DNA of 63,775 bases, counting the filler, from Olpidium bornovanus S191 (lineage: Eukaryota; Fungi; Olpidiomycota), in the NCBI GenBank assembly GCA_017911155.1. It is 28 parts of 28 records of this genome, joined end to end, with 100 filler letters (N's around TTAATTAATTAA, not from the genome) between each part and the next. Parts side by side here need not be neighbours in the genome. Positions count along the whole stretch, not along the records: positions 46,116 to 48,836 come from JAEFCI010013342.1; positions 48,937 to 51,218 come from JAEFCI010011991.1; positions 51,319 to 53,204 come from JAEFCI010000842.1; positions 53,305 to 55,990 come from JAEFCI010006882.1; positions 56,091 to 59,625 come from JAEFCI010007927.1; positions 59,726 to 62,296 come from JAEFCI010008057.1; 22 more parts are not named here. The stretch is one strand, 5' to 3'. The notes under the pieces were generated by a model. It searched no databases, was not told the DNA's origin, and saw only the letters and a list, made by a program, of their open reading frames with translations. The translations under genes were made by a program, and so were the position numbers. Every line of letters starts with the position of its first letter. Position 1 is the first letter of the stretch. Shown here piece after piece: positions 46,116-60,122 of the stretch.

Positions 46116-47825
46116 CATGACAAAGCAGTCACGATGCGCTGGAGGTCGTCAAGCCGTGCGGAATTGAGATTGACGCGCTGTACCGAAAGGGAGGCGTCCG
46201 GCGTTTGTTGCAGAAAATTTTGGGAATCGTCACGCATCCGCTTATCCGCATAAAAAAAGTTCACCACGCTGACACGCCGGCTGATTCGGTCGAGCGACTT
46301 GAGCGGCGCGACTTTCGTACGACAACATTGACGGATGAGCGGATCGCTCGGACATAGCACAGTTTCGCACTGCCTGGAACTTACGCAACCATCGAGCCAG
46401 AAGTTTCGCGCCCTGGCGCGTCTTGGTTTTATTAATCCCGTGCAGCAGGCTTCCCTTGATAGAGTTGTCCTGGAGAGAGCGGACAAGCTCCAAAGACTGG
46501 ATTGTGGAGCGGTCAATCGCCATAGTTTCCGAGGCATCAAACTTTTCCGGTGGCCATCGGAGACGAGGAGTATTCTCCATCTGCGTGTCACGGAGGAAGG
46601 ATAACAGGAGGATGGCAGCGCGAAATTCCGGCGTGTCGCGATCCGAGGCCTTGTACAGTGCGCTTGTTGCTTCCACCTCGTTGGCCAAGTCGTGGGGACG
46701 ACCGCCGCGGAGATAGTCCGGGGAATGCTTGGTAGACCATCGAATAAGGTTTGCCAAGTCGCGGCTGGACATATGCGCAATGGTAGGCCGAATATGAAGC
46801 GGAAACCGTTGTAGTCGTTTCATCGCCAAATGAAATGCGTGATCCTTGACGGCTTCTACGTCATCGCTGGCTAGAACTTCAGTAGGCCGAATGCGCGCGA
46901 GCGTCGCTTCCACTGCAGATTCTGCGACTTGCTGAGAATAGAAATGGCCAGTAGACAAATCTACCCAGGCGAAGCCGAGATCACGAGAGGACGAGGGTCC
47001 GATGTCAACCGCCAGTAGGTAGAGGCCAAACGGAGAATCGTCTTCGGCCAGAAAAGTGGCGGGTGTGACAACACGGACGACCCGCCGGTCATAGCCTTCG
47101 TTCTGTCCTCGAACTTGTTCCGCTAAGGCAACCGAAATGCCGTGGTTGCGAACGAGCGTTTCGAGGTAACGTTCCAGCTGCTTGGCCTAGCGGTGGCGGT
47201 AAATCGTGCCGCCGTTACTCAGTAAAAGCGTAAAGTATAAAGCAGAACGATGCGCGGTTCCCCAAACGACGCGTACCGGAAATCCAGTGAACGGCACGGA
47301 ATGACTACCGTATTTCTTCTTCGTGACATTCAGGCCAAGCTTCTTGCCGTAGTGGCTCGCGTGGTCGAGGTGTAACTGGAGTTTTGTCGGACAGCGACGG
47401 TCCGTTACCGGAGGAGAGTACAAGAGCTCTGGAGTTGTTAGGAAGCATTTTCGCAAACTCACCTCGTAGAAGTCTCCGACCCTGACAAGAACGCAGCGTT
47501 CAGAGTGCTCTTTGTGCAACCTCTCGACGAGGCTCAGGAGCGGCGTGTCGTATTGCGAGCCGGCCTTGCGACGGGCCTCCTTGAGAGCTTCCCTCCGCTC
47601 CGGCAGGTCCTCGTCGTCGCCGAGGCCCGACAAGCGGAAGGTGTTGCGGCAAACGGCAGTCGCGGCGTTCCTGCGACTAACCGAAGTCCTAGGGATGCCC
47701 CGTGTCGACATGCACGCTCTGAAGCGGCACGGGCGTGAACTTTCCCAACAGAGGCTGACGCACGCGTTCCCCACTGCAAGCCTCGAGAATTGGGCAGCGC
47801 ATAGTAAGGAGCGGTGCGCAGACAT
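46116..47825 (-). CDS. MSH1: Mitochondrial MutS homologue, N-terminal half
   Basis: Presequence-like N-terminus; VLVRVGDFYE (mismatch-binding motif); GFPV; RRVVRVVTPAT; GLAWVDLSTGHF; IDRSTIQSLEL...GSLLHGINKTKTRQGAKLLARWL. Confidence 0.9.
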
Positions 47826-49087
47826 CGTCGGCGGACTTGAGGCAACTCCTAAGCAGGGTCCCTTTGAAACGGGCGCAACACTTCACCGCCGCGCTAGGTG
47901 TGCAGGAGAGCACGTTGAAGCGCTGCAGGGAACCTGCCCAGCCGGAGGAATTTACCGCGGCCCTTTGACGGTCACACGAAAACCCCGATGGCTGGCAGGT
48001 GGCGGCGGCGGCGGCGGCTGCTGCTAGCAGCAGGCGCGAGGAGCCCGACAGGGTTCTCCCGTCGCGGAAAGCGCGTCGGCTGTGAGTTTGCCTGGTGGGC
48101 AGTGAGCAACGGCGGGCCGACGGGCCGCGCACAGGGCGGTGGAGAGGGCGCGGGGAGGGCAGCAGCACCCGCAAGTGACAAACGCGCGCGGGGAAAGGGG
48201 AGGAGGAGGGGGGAGGCGCACACGCGACACACGACGAGCGGCCGAGCGAGGATCCACCCGCGCATCCGCATCGCGCCGGCGGTGCGTTGGATCTTCAGCA
48301 TGGGGCCGTCTGCGCACCGTTGCGTGCGTCCGGACAGTTCCGACGAGGGGAGGAATTTGGAGCCAACGGCAGTCGTTGGAAGAGGGTGTCGACAGTTTTA
48401 CATCCCGCCCGGGAATACCTTTAATAGAAAGTATCGGATCCTACAATCTTCACCCTGGTTATTCGCGCATTGCGCGCTTCCGCTGCAATATGCAGGGCAT
48501 CACGGGAACGGGACCATTTCGGTGTTTTCCTCGAGGCTAATGTGACGTGCGCGCATTGCACGTGTCGTTTGAGTAAAGAGAAACCTTTGTTTTTCCAGCT
48601 TTCAGCTTTCACCACGCCACGCGATAGTGTCGTGACCCGTCTAGTTCACACACCGGGGCTCGCCAGCCCGCGTCATTTCCTTGCGGCCTCCGGCAGGGGT
48701 CCCTAACCCAAGAGCCGCTCTTAGCTCGGTAACAGCGTGCAACTGTAGTGCATTTTACCACGCAAACCGGGAACGGCGTGAAATTTCTTTCTCTGATGAG
48801 GGACACCACAATGAAATATGTGTTTTGACCCTCATGNNNNNNNNNNNNNNNNNNNNNNNNNNNNNNNNNNNNNNNNNNNNTTAATTAATTAANNNNNNNN
48901 NNNNNNNNNNNNNNNNNNNNNNNNNNNNNNNNNNNNCCATGAACGGGAACACCGACAACATCGTCGTGAGGCCCAGGTATACATTAGGTATATAGACACA
49001 GAGGTCCCAGAATCACAGGGAGAAGTATCCGCTGAGCAACAACGGCAAGCGCGAAAAAAGGTTTCACCCGGCACCATCCCCGCTTTC

Positions 49088-50862
<1,775 letters not shown>

Positions 50863-51131
50863 CTAGGGAAAAACCGCGGGCGCCGTGCCGCCGGCTGTCC
50901 AAGCCCCTTCTCGACTCACCCCAGTGGGCGAGATCGAAGCAACCGTCGACCCAGACCCTAAAGGCAGCCCCGAGAGGAGACAGGAAGGGGGAAAAAGCGC
51001 GGCTTAATCAAGGACCTTTGACGAAGTGTGCCGCGGCATACCCGGAGCTCCGTGAAGTTCCAAGCAGCACGGCCAGGTCTCCCCGCAGTAACCGTTTCAC
51101 CCACCGTTCCGCTTCCCGCGGCGCACACCGC

Positions 51132-51203
<72 letters not shown>

Positions 51204-51318
51204 CCGCCCCTCTCGCCGNNNNNNNNNNNNNNNNNNNNNNNNNNNNNNNNNNNNNNNNNNNNTTAATTAATTAANNNNNNNNNNNNNNNNNNNNNNNNNN
51301 NNNNNNNNNNNNNNNNNN

Positions 51319-51660
51319 CATGAAGTTGAGAATTTGAGAAAAATTTGAGGAACATTCGAAAAAATTAAGGAAAATTGGGAAAAAATGAAACAAGAAAATA
51401 TAAAAATAATAAGAATAAGCATATTATTAAAAATAAAATAATCAAAACGAGAAAATTAAAAGAATTAAGTTAAGTCAAATATTAAATTAAGTCAAAAAAA
51501 TTAGAAAGTAATATTAAGATTAAAAAACGTAAAAGAAAAGAAAAGTACAACTGGCGAAAGATATAAATTAAAATTAAAACATAAAACATTCAAGAAAATA
51601 AGAAAAAATAAAAATATTAAAACAATGAATTATAAAAATACACGAAATAAAAAAAGTTTC
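51319..51660. other. Extremely AT-rich, A-skewed segment at contig end
   Basis: Abrupt compositional change relative to all other contigs; no credible ORF. Confidence 0.85.
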
Positions 51661-51763
51661 ACCGGGTCCCCGCGAAAGTGCTCAAGGAAAAGGCACAACG
51701 TAAAACTTCCCCACCCTCACCACCTCCTCCACGCCAGCTTTATCGCGAAAGGAAAACACCGAC

Positions 51764-52383
51764 CGATCACAAGTCCGCCGCACTTGTTGTACGCAGTGCA
51801 GAAGGAGGTGAAAGTCGCCGAGATGAGCACGGGTTGCAAAAGCATGACCACGCTTTCGATCAGTTGCTTGGCCAGGGCGAAGCCCTGCCGCGCCTGGTCG
51901 CACTGGCTGGCGCTGACGGAGGGACACGACAGGGCGACCTGCACGCCGCCCGCCGCAGGTCCCGCGCTGTCCAAAAACGCGAACTGTTTCTGCGCCTCTA
52001 AAGATATCGTTGTCCGTTGCGAACACGGCGTCCGCTGGATTTCGTATCTGGATTTTTTTGTTGTTGCCCCGAGGGTTGAGGAGCGGGGCCAAAAGGAAAA
52101 TTATTAGAATATAAAAAAAAGGAAGGGAAGGGGTGGAAGGGGTGGAAGGGGTGAGGGGGGGAAGGGTTGGGGGAAGAGCAGAGCGGGCCCGGCTGCCGCC
52201 GCTCTGGGCCTGCTCCCTCTCCTTTTTCCCCCCGGGGCCCCGACGCAACCCACCCGACCTGTTCAGCGGATCCGGGTGATCGAAGCATGTGACTTCCCGG
52301 GCGAAGACTACCATCCGCGGAACCGCGATCGCGGCCAGCAACGCTGCTGGATGTCCGATCCGGAAGATCTGCAGCGGCCTCAT
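51764..52383 (-). CDS. Putative secreted protein, N-terminal exons; resembles an early-diverging-fungal secreted family often carrying a downstream HExxH
   Basis: MRPLQIFRIGHPAALLAAIAVPRMVVFA (signal-like) ...LNR|YEIQRTPC...VQVALSCPSVSASQCDQARQGFALAKQLIESVVMLLQPVLISATFTSFCTAYNKC. The phase-2 intron is consistent; the family assignment is from memory only. Confidence 0.55.
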
Positions 52384-53833
52384 CACTTTCCTGCGCCTTG
52401 TGCGGAGAGCCGCGATACCTCCTACGCGGGGTTGAGGCGCAAAGGGGCTCGAGCTTTTCTTTTATTTTTTCTTATTCTCGTCGATCCGCGAGAAGCCGCT
52501 CGGCCGTCTCTCTCTCTTTCTCTCTCTCTTTCTCTCCCCCCTCCCCCCTCCCCCCTCCCCCCTCCCCTCGCCCCTCTTTCCCTCTCTCGTCCGCCCAGAA
52601 TTTGGGCGGGTAGGGGGAAGGGGGTGTGTGCGTGGAGCACGGGGCGGGGCGTGCCTGCCTTTCCCGAGATCGCGCCGAGTGTGCCGATGGAGCAGAGAAA
52701 ACAAAGCACAGCGACGTGTTTTTTTCCCTTCCTTTTCGCCACGGGGACGGACAGGGGGTTAAGCTCGTGGGGGAATAGCGGGGGCGGGGCGGGATATCGA
52801 AGACGATCACGCCTCCGGAGACCCTTGGCGCCTGCGACCGCCGGCGATCGCCGCGCGGCGCGGGGGTGGGGAGGGCGTACGCCGAGAGACGACGAACGAC
52901 GCAAAACACGGGAGAAGGGGCGCGTGTGGGGTCCGCGAGAGGGTAAGGAAGCGAAGCCGTTTGGCGGGGAAGGGGAAGGAAGGGAAGGAGGGGCGGTGCG
53001 GGAGAAAGTTGTCGTCACGTATGTTGGCTCTTTTGGGTTACACGCGTGCAGCAGCGCAGCGGGGAGAGAGACAGAGAGTAAGAGAGTAAGAGAGGGAGAG
53101 ACAGAGCAAGGAGACGACTCCAACAGCAACAATAACGATGGCATACAAGTGACGTTTGCGTGCACGCGGCGAGAACCTCTCTCTCTCTCCGCTCTCTCTC
53201 TCTCNNNNNNNNNNNNNNNNNNNNNNNNNNNNNNNNNNNNNNNNNNNNTTAATTAATTAANNNNNNNNNNNNNNNNNNNNNNNNNNNNNNNNNNNNNNNN
53301 NNNNCGCATGTTAACCCGCCCCCCCCCTTTCTTTTTTCGAAGCTGCTCCGGGAGGCGCTGGATGTCTTTTCGACGGACATCTGTGCGCACTCCGCGACCG
53401 CCACCGCGGGCGAAGCCGTCGGACGCCCAGGGTGCACGGAATGTGGCGCTCCAAAGGGTAAGTGGAACTCGGGTTGGTGGGGGGCGTTTACTGGTGCTAC
53501 ACCAGGAAAGTCGGACGTAACGTGAAGACCACGCTTTCGCAGTCCGGGACTTCGATGCCGCCGCCGGACCTTTAGAGTTCCGACGCGCCTCCGCGGAATT
53601 CGCGGCTAGGTTGCAGAACATCGGGGTCGGATCAGGTCCGGTGGAATGCGTCCCGATTTTCACGAGCCTGAAGCGACTTATCACGTTGTCCCTGGCCGAT
53701 GACAATGTAAGGGTCTCTCTTCGTTATCGTGAGGCCTTTGTCCGACTCAAACGCCCGGGAGGTATATTCTGAACTCGTTTTCGGTTGTTTTTTTTTTTTT
53801 TTTTTTTCGCCCGCGGTCCGCTCCGGGATAAAT

Positions 53834-55730
53834 CAGACCGTTCTTCTTCCCCGCCTCCTCCGAGTCCTCAACTTCGTGCTTGCCAGGAGCGAACGCTGCA
53901 GAGCCCTGGCTTTCTGCGCCCGTCGTCCGCAAGCCGGGCCGCGGCAAGAAGACCCGGGGCTCCGCGCTCTCCCTGTCGCGGACGGGACCGCGCTTCTCGG
54001 TCGCCGGCGCGAGGCTCACGGCGACGAGGAGCTCGTGCACGTGCTGCAGTCGCTGCTGTCTAGCGCCTGCGATCTCGAGCGGCGTCGACGGAGCGATCCT
54101 CCTCAGGAAACGGCACCTCAGGAACGCCCCCGGGGAGGCGTCTCCGACGAGCGGCGAGACCCGACGGTCATTATTGCCCCGGTTATCGACTCGCTGAAGC
54201 TGCTTGTCCGGTCGCCGGACCGGGTGGACCTGGCGTGGTGAGAAGAAAAGAGCCTCGCTGTCTGGGGCGCGCTTTGGCTGCTGCGCGATCGTCGACACGC
54301 GCGGGAAGTCTAATGGAGGCTGCCGGGCGTGGGGGGGGTGGTGGTGCAACTGCGGATGCCAAAAAAAAAACAGCCTGGCTGCTCTCGCCGCGAGTCCGCT
54401 GTGGTCGGTGCTTCTGAGCCACAAGCGCCAGCCGCCGGAACTGGTCCGCGGCGCCGTCGAGCTCCTCACTCACCTAATAAACGGTACGGTCCTCCCCACC
54501 CCTACCCCTCCTCGGGCGGCGGCGGCGGCGGCGGCGGCAGGGGGTGCGGGGCGGAAAAAAAAACAAAAAAAAAAAAAAAAAGGTCCGAGGGGGGAGGTTC
54601 GGCCGAGATTTTTTCTTTTCCTTGCGGGTCGAATTTTTTGTCGAAGCGACGAAAAAAGAAAAAAAAAAAAAAAAAAGTTTCGAACGTCGCGCATACCCAG
54701 ATCGCGACATCTTCTTGCAGTGCGCGCAGGCGCAGTCGCCGCCGCCGGCCCCGCGGGATTCGGAACCGCCGGACGGCGGCAGCGAGGGCGCGCCGCGCCG
54801 GCGGAGCGTGCTCGACGCGTTGGCTGGACTGCTCACGTCCGAGGCGTCAGATAAGGTGCGGTCGTCGTTTTTTTTTTTTTTTGGATTTTTCTTGGGTGGG
54901 GGGTTTTTTTTTTTTCCAACCGTCCTGAGACGAAGCCAATTTTTCCGGAAAGTCCACCGCCGTCCGGTGGTCGGTCGTGCAGTTCCTCTGCGAAGCCTGC
55001 TGCCTCTACGCGGACGCCCCGACGGTTCTCCTTCGCTGCGACGGGGTGGGTGGTTTCGCGAACGCCGTCTTCCTCCCTTTTTACCCGCAAAAAAAAAAAA
55101 AAAAAAAAAAAAAAACCACTTTACGCGGCCGACGAGCAGTTTTTTGCGCGCCTCGCGCGCGCGCGACCGCGGCGGCGGCCTGAAAAAAATTTGTCGCGCG
55201 CCTTTTTTTTTTTTTTTTTTTTTGTGCCGGGCGCGTCGCGTTTCGACACAGCTGTTCCCGCGCCTGAGCCTGATGCTCCAAAAGGCGATGCGGCAGCACG
55301 ACGACGTCGTGCAGCAGGAGGAGGCGGAGGTGCGCTTTGCGCGCGGAGGGCCGCGGAAAACCGCCGCGGCGGGGAAAAGGAGACGCGAATGGTGAGCCGG
55401 CGTCGCGCGACGGGAAGGCCCTCGGGGGGGTTTTTTTTTTTACCTTGGGTGTTTTTTTTTTGTTCTTGAGTCGGGCCCCCCCCCCCTTTTTCCTTGTACT
55501 GGAAAAAGGCGGGGGGAAGGCCGAACCGGCGGCTGAAATCGAAAACGTTTTTTTTTTTTTTTGGTGATCCGCTGCAAAAGGGAGCGCCTCATCCGGCACG
55601 CCGCGGACGTCCTCGAGTGCCTGTCCGCGAGGGGCGGGCGTCCGGTCGGCGAGCTGCTGCGCGGGAACCACGCCGCGTCCGTCGCCCACGAAGCGGCGAC
55701 CCTCCGGCTCGCCGGCGCCTTCGGCAGGTG
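53834..55730 (+). CDS. Multi-exon helical (ARM/HEAT-like) hypothetical protein; ATRIP/Rad26-like C-terminus possible
   Basis: Leu-rich helical exons with GT-AG boundaries (IIAPVIDSLKLLV; LVRGAVELLTHLING; VLDALAGLL; LFPRLSLML; LIRHAADVLECL; AHEAATLRL). Confidence 0.45.
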
Positions 55731-56152
55731 GGACGCATCGTCCTGCGATTCCGCGAAAAGAACGGGTCCCTAGAGCCTGCTTGTTTTTTTTTTTTTTTTT
55801 TTTATTTTTTTTGTCTTCGTCGGGCCGATCAGGCGTTTTGATCGCTGCGCAAATGAAAAAAAAAAAACCGCCGCCCGCTTCCTTGGGCGACCGTTTCCTC
55901 GTCCCTGGGCAAAACGAGTTCCCGCCTGCCCCCCCCCCCCCCCCCCCCCCCCCCCTCTCTCCCCCCCCCCCCCCCCCCCCCCGCGCGCCGNNNNNNNNNN
56001 NNNNNNNNNNNNNNNNNNNNNNNNNNNNNNNNNNTTAATTAATTAANNNNNNNNNNNNNNNNNNNNNNNNNNNNNNNNNNNNNNNNNNNNGGGAAGGGGC
56101 GGGGAAGGGGGTTTCCCCTCTATTGCCTGGTTTGTTTATTTTTATTCAAATT

Positions 56153-58300
56153 CTATCGCTCAGCGCGAACTTTTACGTACTCCCAGATCCGAGTTCCGTC
56201 GGCCAGCTGGCCCTGCCGCCGCTCCCAGGCGAACCCGCACAGCAGCGGCCAGAGCCGCGTCCAGAGCCACCAGTACGCGGCGCCCGCGAGCAGGATGCCG
56301 GCGCCGATCACGCAGTACAGGTAGTACGGCAGCGAAGTGTCCCCCTTCAGCCCGGGCGGCGGCACGAGCGGGAGGACCACCAAGAAGATGTTCGCGCAGA
56401 GGAAAAAGCCGGCGACGGAGACCGGGCAGCGGAACGGCGGCGACCAGTCGTACTTGAGCACCCCGGCGCGGATGAGGAGGAGCCCCGCCGCGATGGCGGC
56501 GTTGATGATGGAGACAGGGTAGCTGATGACGTCAAGGATGAAGGTGTAGGCGTCTGTCCACGGACGACATATTTGTTGTTTTTTTGTGGGGGAAGGAAGG
56601 TGGGGGAGAGAAACTCGCAGTTAGGACGTGTGCGCCTCGCTTTTCGGGCAGGCAAACTTTCTTTTTTTCTTCATTTTTAATAACGAAAAACCCCGCAGCA
56701 AACCAAACGGAAAATGTAAATCACCTCCTTCGGGCGGGCCAAGTATCATGACGACCGACGCCGCCCAGTGCAGGAAGAGCCCGCTAAAGGGTGTTTTCAG
56801 CGGCCAGCTGGAAGCCCAGAACGGCGAGAACGGCAGGATTCCCTCTTTGCCCAGCTCCTGGTTGATGCGGCCGTGAGCGAACATGACGGCCAGCACGTTG
56901 CCCATGGCGGAGAGGGCGACGAACACCGGCAGGATGCGCCGGCCGATCACGGCGCCGTACACGTTGGCGAAAAACCTGCCGGCGATGACCACGCCGCCGC
57001 TCTTCATCTCCTCCTTCGAGACCGCGGCGAAGTACGCGACGTTGGCGAGCAGGTAGAGGACGGACACGATGCCGACGGCCAGAGGCCCGGCGCGCTTCAT
57101 GGTGCGGACCGGGTTCTTGACCTCCCCGAGGACGTAGTTCGCGTTGGAGTAGCCGATGAAAGACCAGATGACCATGAACAGCGCCGACGCGTAGCTGTAC
57201 GCGCTCGTGGACGTTCCCTCGAAGACGCCGACGTAGTTGTTCGGAGGTTCCACCTGCAGCATCCCGCCCATGGCGGCGAAGCCGGAGGCCACGACGAAGA
57301 CGAGGATCAGTATCTTCAGCCCGCCGAGCAGGTTCTGGAGCCTCATGCCGCTCTTGGGGAAGAGCGAGTGGATGAGGAAGGCGAAGGTGACGCAGGCCAA
57401 GGCGGTCGTCCGCGATTTCCAAATGAACGGGTCCTGGGGGTCGTCCGGCCGCCTCGACAACCCGGCGGCGAACAGGACGTACTCGCCGAAAACTGAAGGG
57501 GCGATGCGTGTAGACGGGCGGACAAGAATCCTTTGTCGCTTTTAGCCCCCGGGGGTTCGATATTTCGGCGAGACGCGGAACCAAAATGAAATCGCTCGGC
57601 GGCGCCCGATGCCGAAACCGACTGCTTACCGACGGAATTTGAGCCGGCCCACCCGAGGAACAGGGCGTTCGACGCGTAAACGCAAGTCGCCAAGAGACGC
57701 GGTTTCCGGTAGACGAACTCGAGATAATTCTTCTCGCCGCCCGATTTAGGCAGCCCGGTCCCGTACTCGACGTACACTATTTGGGTGGACCGGGGGCAGT
57801 GGGGCGAGGGAAGGGTGGTGAGAACTGTTCGGCCTGCCGGAGGCCAATATCATTCACAGCAAAACTCTCTTAAACGCGCCGGGAACAGCCCATACCTAGG
57901 AGGCCGGCTACGGCGATGAGCGCTCCTGTTATCCAAAGAATCAAGGCCATCCCGACGCTCCCGACCTGCAACAGGATGTTCGCCGGCGTGGCGAATATGC
58001 CTGTGCCGAGCATGCGGTTGACGATGAGAAAACTGCGAGGGACCGGGGGGAAGCGGAGCACAATAAGAGAATGCTCGTTGCAGCTCCGGTCGGCGGGGAA
58101 GCGCAGGCAAAGAAGAACAACAAAAAACAAGGGAAAAAACCAACGAAACCCTCTTCCCCTCACGTGCACGAAACCAGACCCAGGGTTCTCCTGGAATCGC
58201 CGGCGTCACCGCCACCGCCCTGCAGCTTCTCGCAGCATCCGAGGTGGTCTTCGAGGTTCAGGCAGGAGCACTCGCCGGCCGGGCCGCCGTCCTTGGGCAT
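56153..58300 (-). CDS. MUP1: High-affinity methionine permease (LAT/APC family)
   Basis: IVNRMLGTGIFATP; YVEYGTGLPKSGGEKNYLE; WSFIGYSNANY; GNVLAVMFAHGRINQELGKEGILPFS; SYPVSIINAAIAAGLL. Confidence 0.95.
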
Positions 58301-59547
58301 TTGCAGGTTGCGCCTGCCTCGGGGCGGGGCGTGTGTGCGCAAGGGGGGGAGGGGAAGGATGAGGAGGATGCAGACCAGACGGAGCCTTTTTTTTTGTCCC
58401 TCTCTTCCCGCGCGGTGTGTTATTATCCGTTCGGGTGATTTTGCCCTTCTTCTTCTTCTTGTTCAGCCGGGACGGCGAAAAAGAAAATCAACCAACGAGG
58501 AGACGAGGAAACGAGAAAAAACAGGCGAAATAAAAAAGAAAAAGGGACTATAAAAAAGAATACAGGAAAAGTGCGGGAGTGAGTGGGAGGGGAAAGGAGA
58601 TGGGGGATCAGATTATATTTACTGTACGCGTAAAAAATATGTAGCGCAGAGAGATCATCGTCATCTACATCCCGCCCCGTCATCCCCATCGTCTCCATCG
58701 GGCGCGGGGGGCGGGCGCCCTGCCGTATTCCGGGTGCGCGGCGGGGTGTTTTGCCCCGCAGCGCCCGGGCGCCCGGGCGCCCGGGCGCCGGCGACCCCCT
58801 TAAAAAAAGGGAGTGGAAAAAAGGGGCGGGGGGGGGGGGAATTAGGGGGGGGGAGGGTAACGATAGAAATAAAAAAAAATTGAGGCGGCGAGAACCGAAA
58901 CTGGGGGAAAAACGTCCCCGAATGAGCCCGGCGGATCGGAGGCAGTAGGAGGTGGGGGGCGGTGGGCCGGGAGGATGTTGTTTGTCCGCCTCCGGCGTAC
59001 GTGTAATTATAATAACGGTGCATCAAGTAAATGGCACCCGTGGCGAAAAGAATGCCGCGCGCGAGATTCTGTGCTGTGCGGTTCAGATGTTTGAAGAAAG
59101 AGAGGGGGGAGGTAGGGGCGGGTTGCGCGCTGCACGCGTATCCGCGCGGCGTCGACAAGGACTTTGCTTCCGCGGTTGCAGCGACGTGCGCGAGGTTTGT
59201 GGAGCCAGGAGGAGAGAGTTCAGGTGGGGAAGGCGATGGGGGGTGGAAAGAGGGGGGGAGGGGGCCGGCCACTGCGCCAGAACGGCCTGTTTCGGGGGTC
59301 CGTCGGTCTGTGCGCATATTTTTCGCCTTCCCGCCCCGGTCGGTTCCGCGTTTCCGTTTTGCTGTGTGGTCAAAGGGAAGGGGGAAGGGGGGGTTGTGGG
59401 GGGGTTGGGGGGGTTCTCGGCGCGAAGAAAAATAAGATCGCCGGGGAACAAAAAAAAAACCGAGAAAAAAAAAACCGGAGAGCGGTCACGTGACCGACGC
59501 TGTTTTGGGAAAACGGCCGCGGACCTTCGAGAAACCCAAAGAAGCGT

Positions 59548-59609
<62 letters not shown>

Positions 59610-59725
59610 CGGGGGGGGGGGGAAANNNNNNNNNNNNNNNNNNNNNNNNNNNNNNNNNNNNNNNNNNNNTTAATTAATTAANNNNNNNNNNNNNNNNNNN
59701 NNNNNNNNNNNNNNNNNNNNNNNNN

Positions 59726-60063
59726 CATGACGGTGATCTCCCGCGCCGCCGACGCCCGCGAGTCGCTGCCGTGCACTGCGTTGTGGGATTTGTCCTCGCC
59801 GTACAGGGCGCGGATGCTTATTTTGATCCGAGATGTGAAGAATACGTTTTCATCGGGCCGAAAAAAAAAACGCGCACGGGAGACGGCTTCCGCTGCGGGC
59901 GCGGAGATGCGACGCGAAGGGGAGCCCATTTTACCTTTGTGGGGCGACCGCGCGCGCATTGTTTGAATCCGTCGGTCCGGCGAGTTTTCGCCATTCCTCA
60001 ATGGCGTTCTCCTTCTCGAGGATCATCGCGTGGATCGGAGCGCTTCCCGTTTGTCGGGCAGAA

Positions 60064-60122
<59 letters not shown>

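Noticed and set aside
48793-48836. Hammerhead ribozyme or C/D snoRNA (CTGATGAG...GAAA; ATGAGGG/CCCTCAT stem)
   Set aside because: No stem II between CUGAUGA and GAAA, no canonical D box, and the contig ends here. Only a 7-bp hairpin remains.
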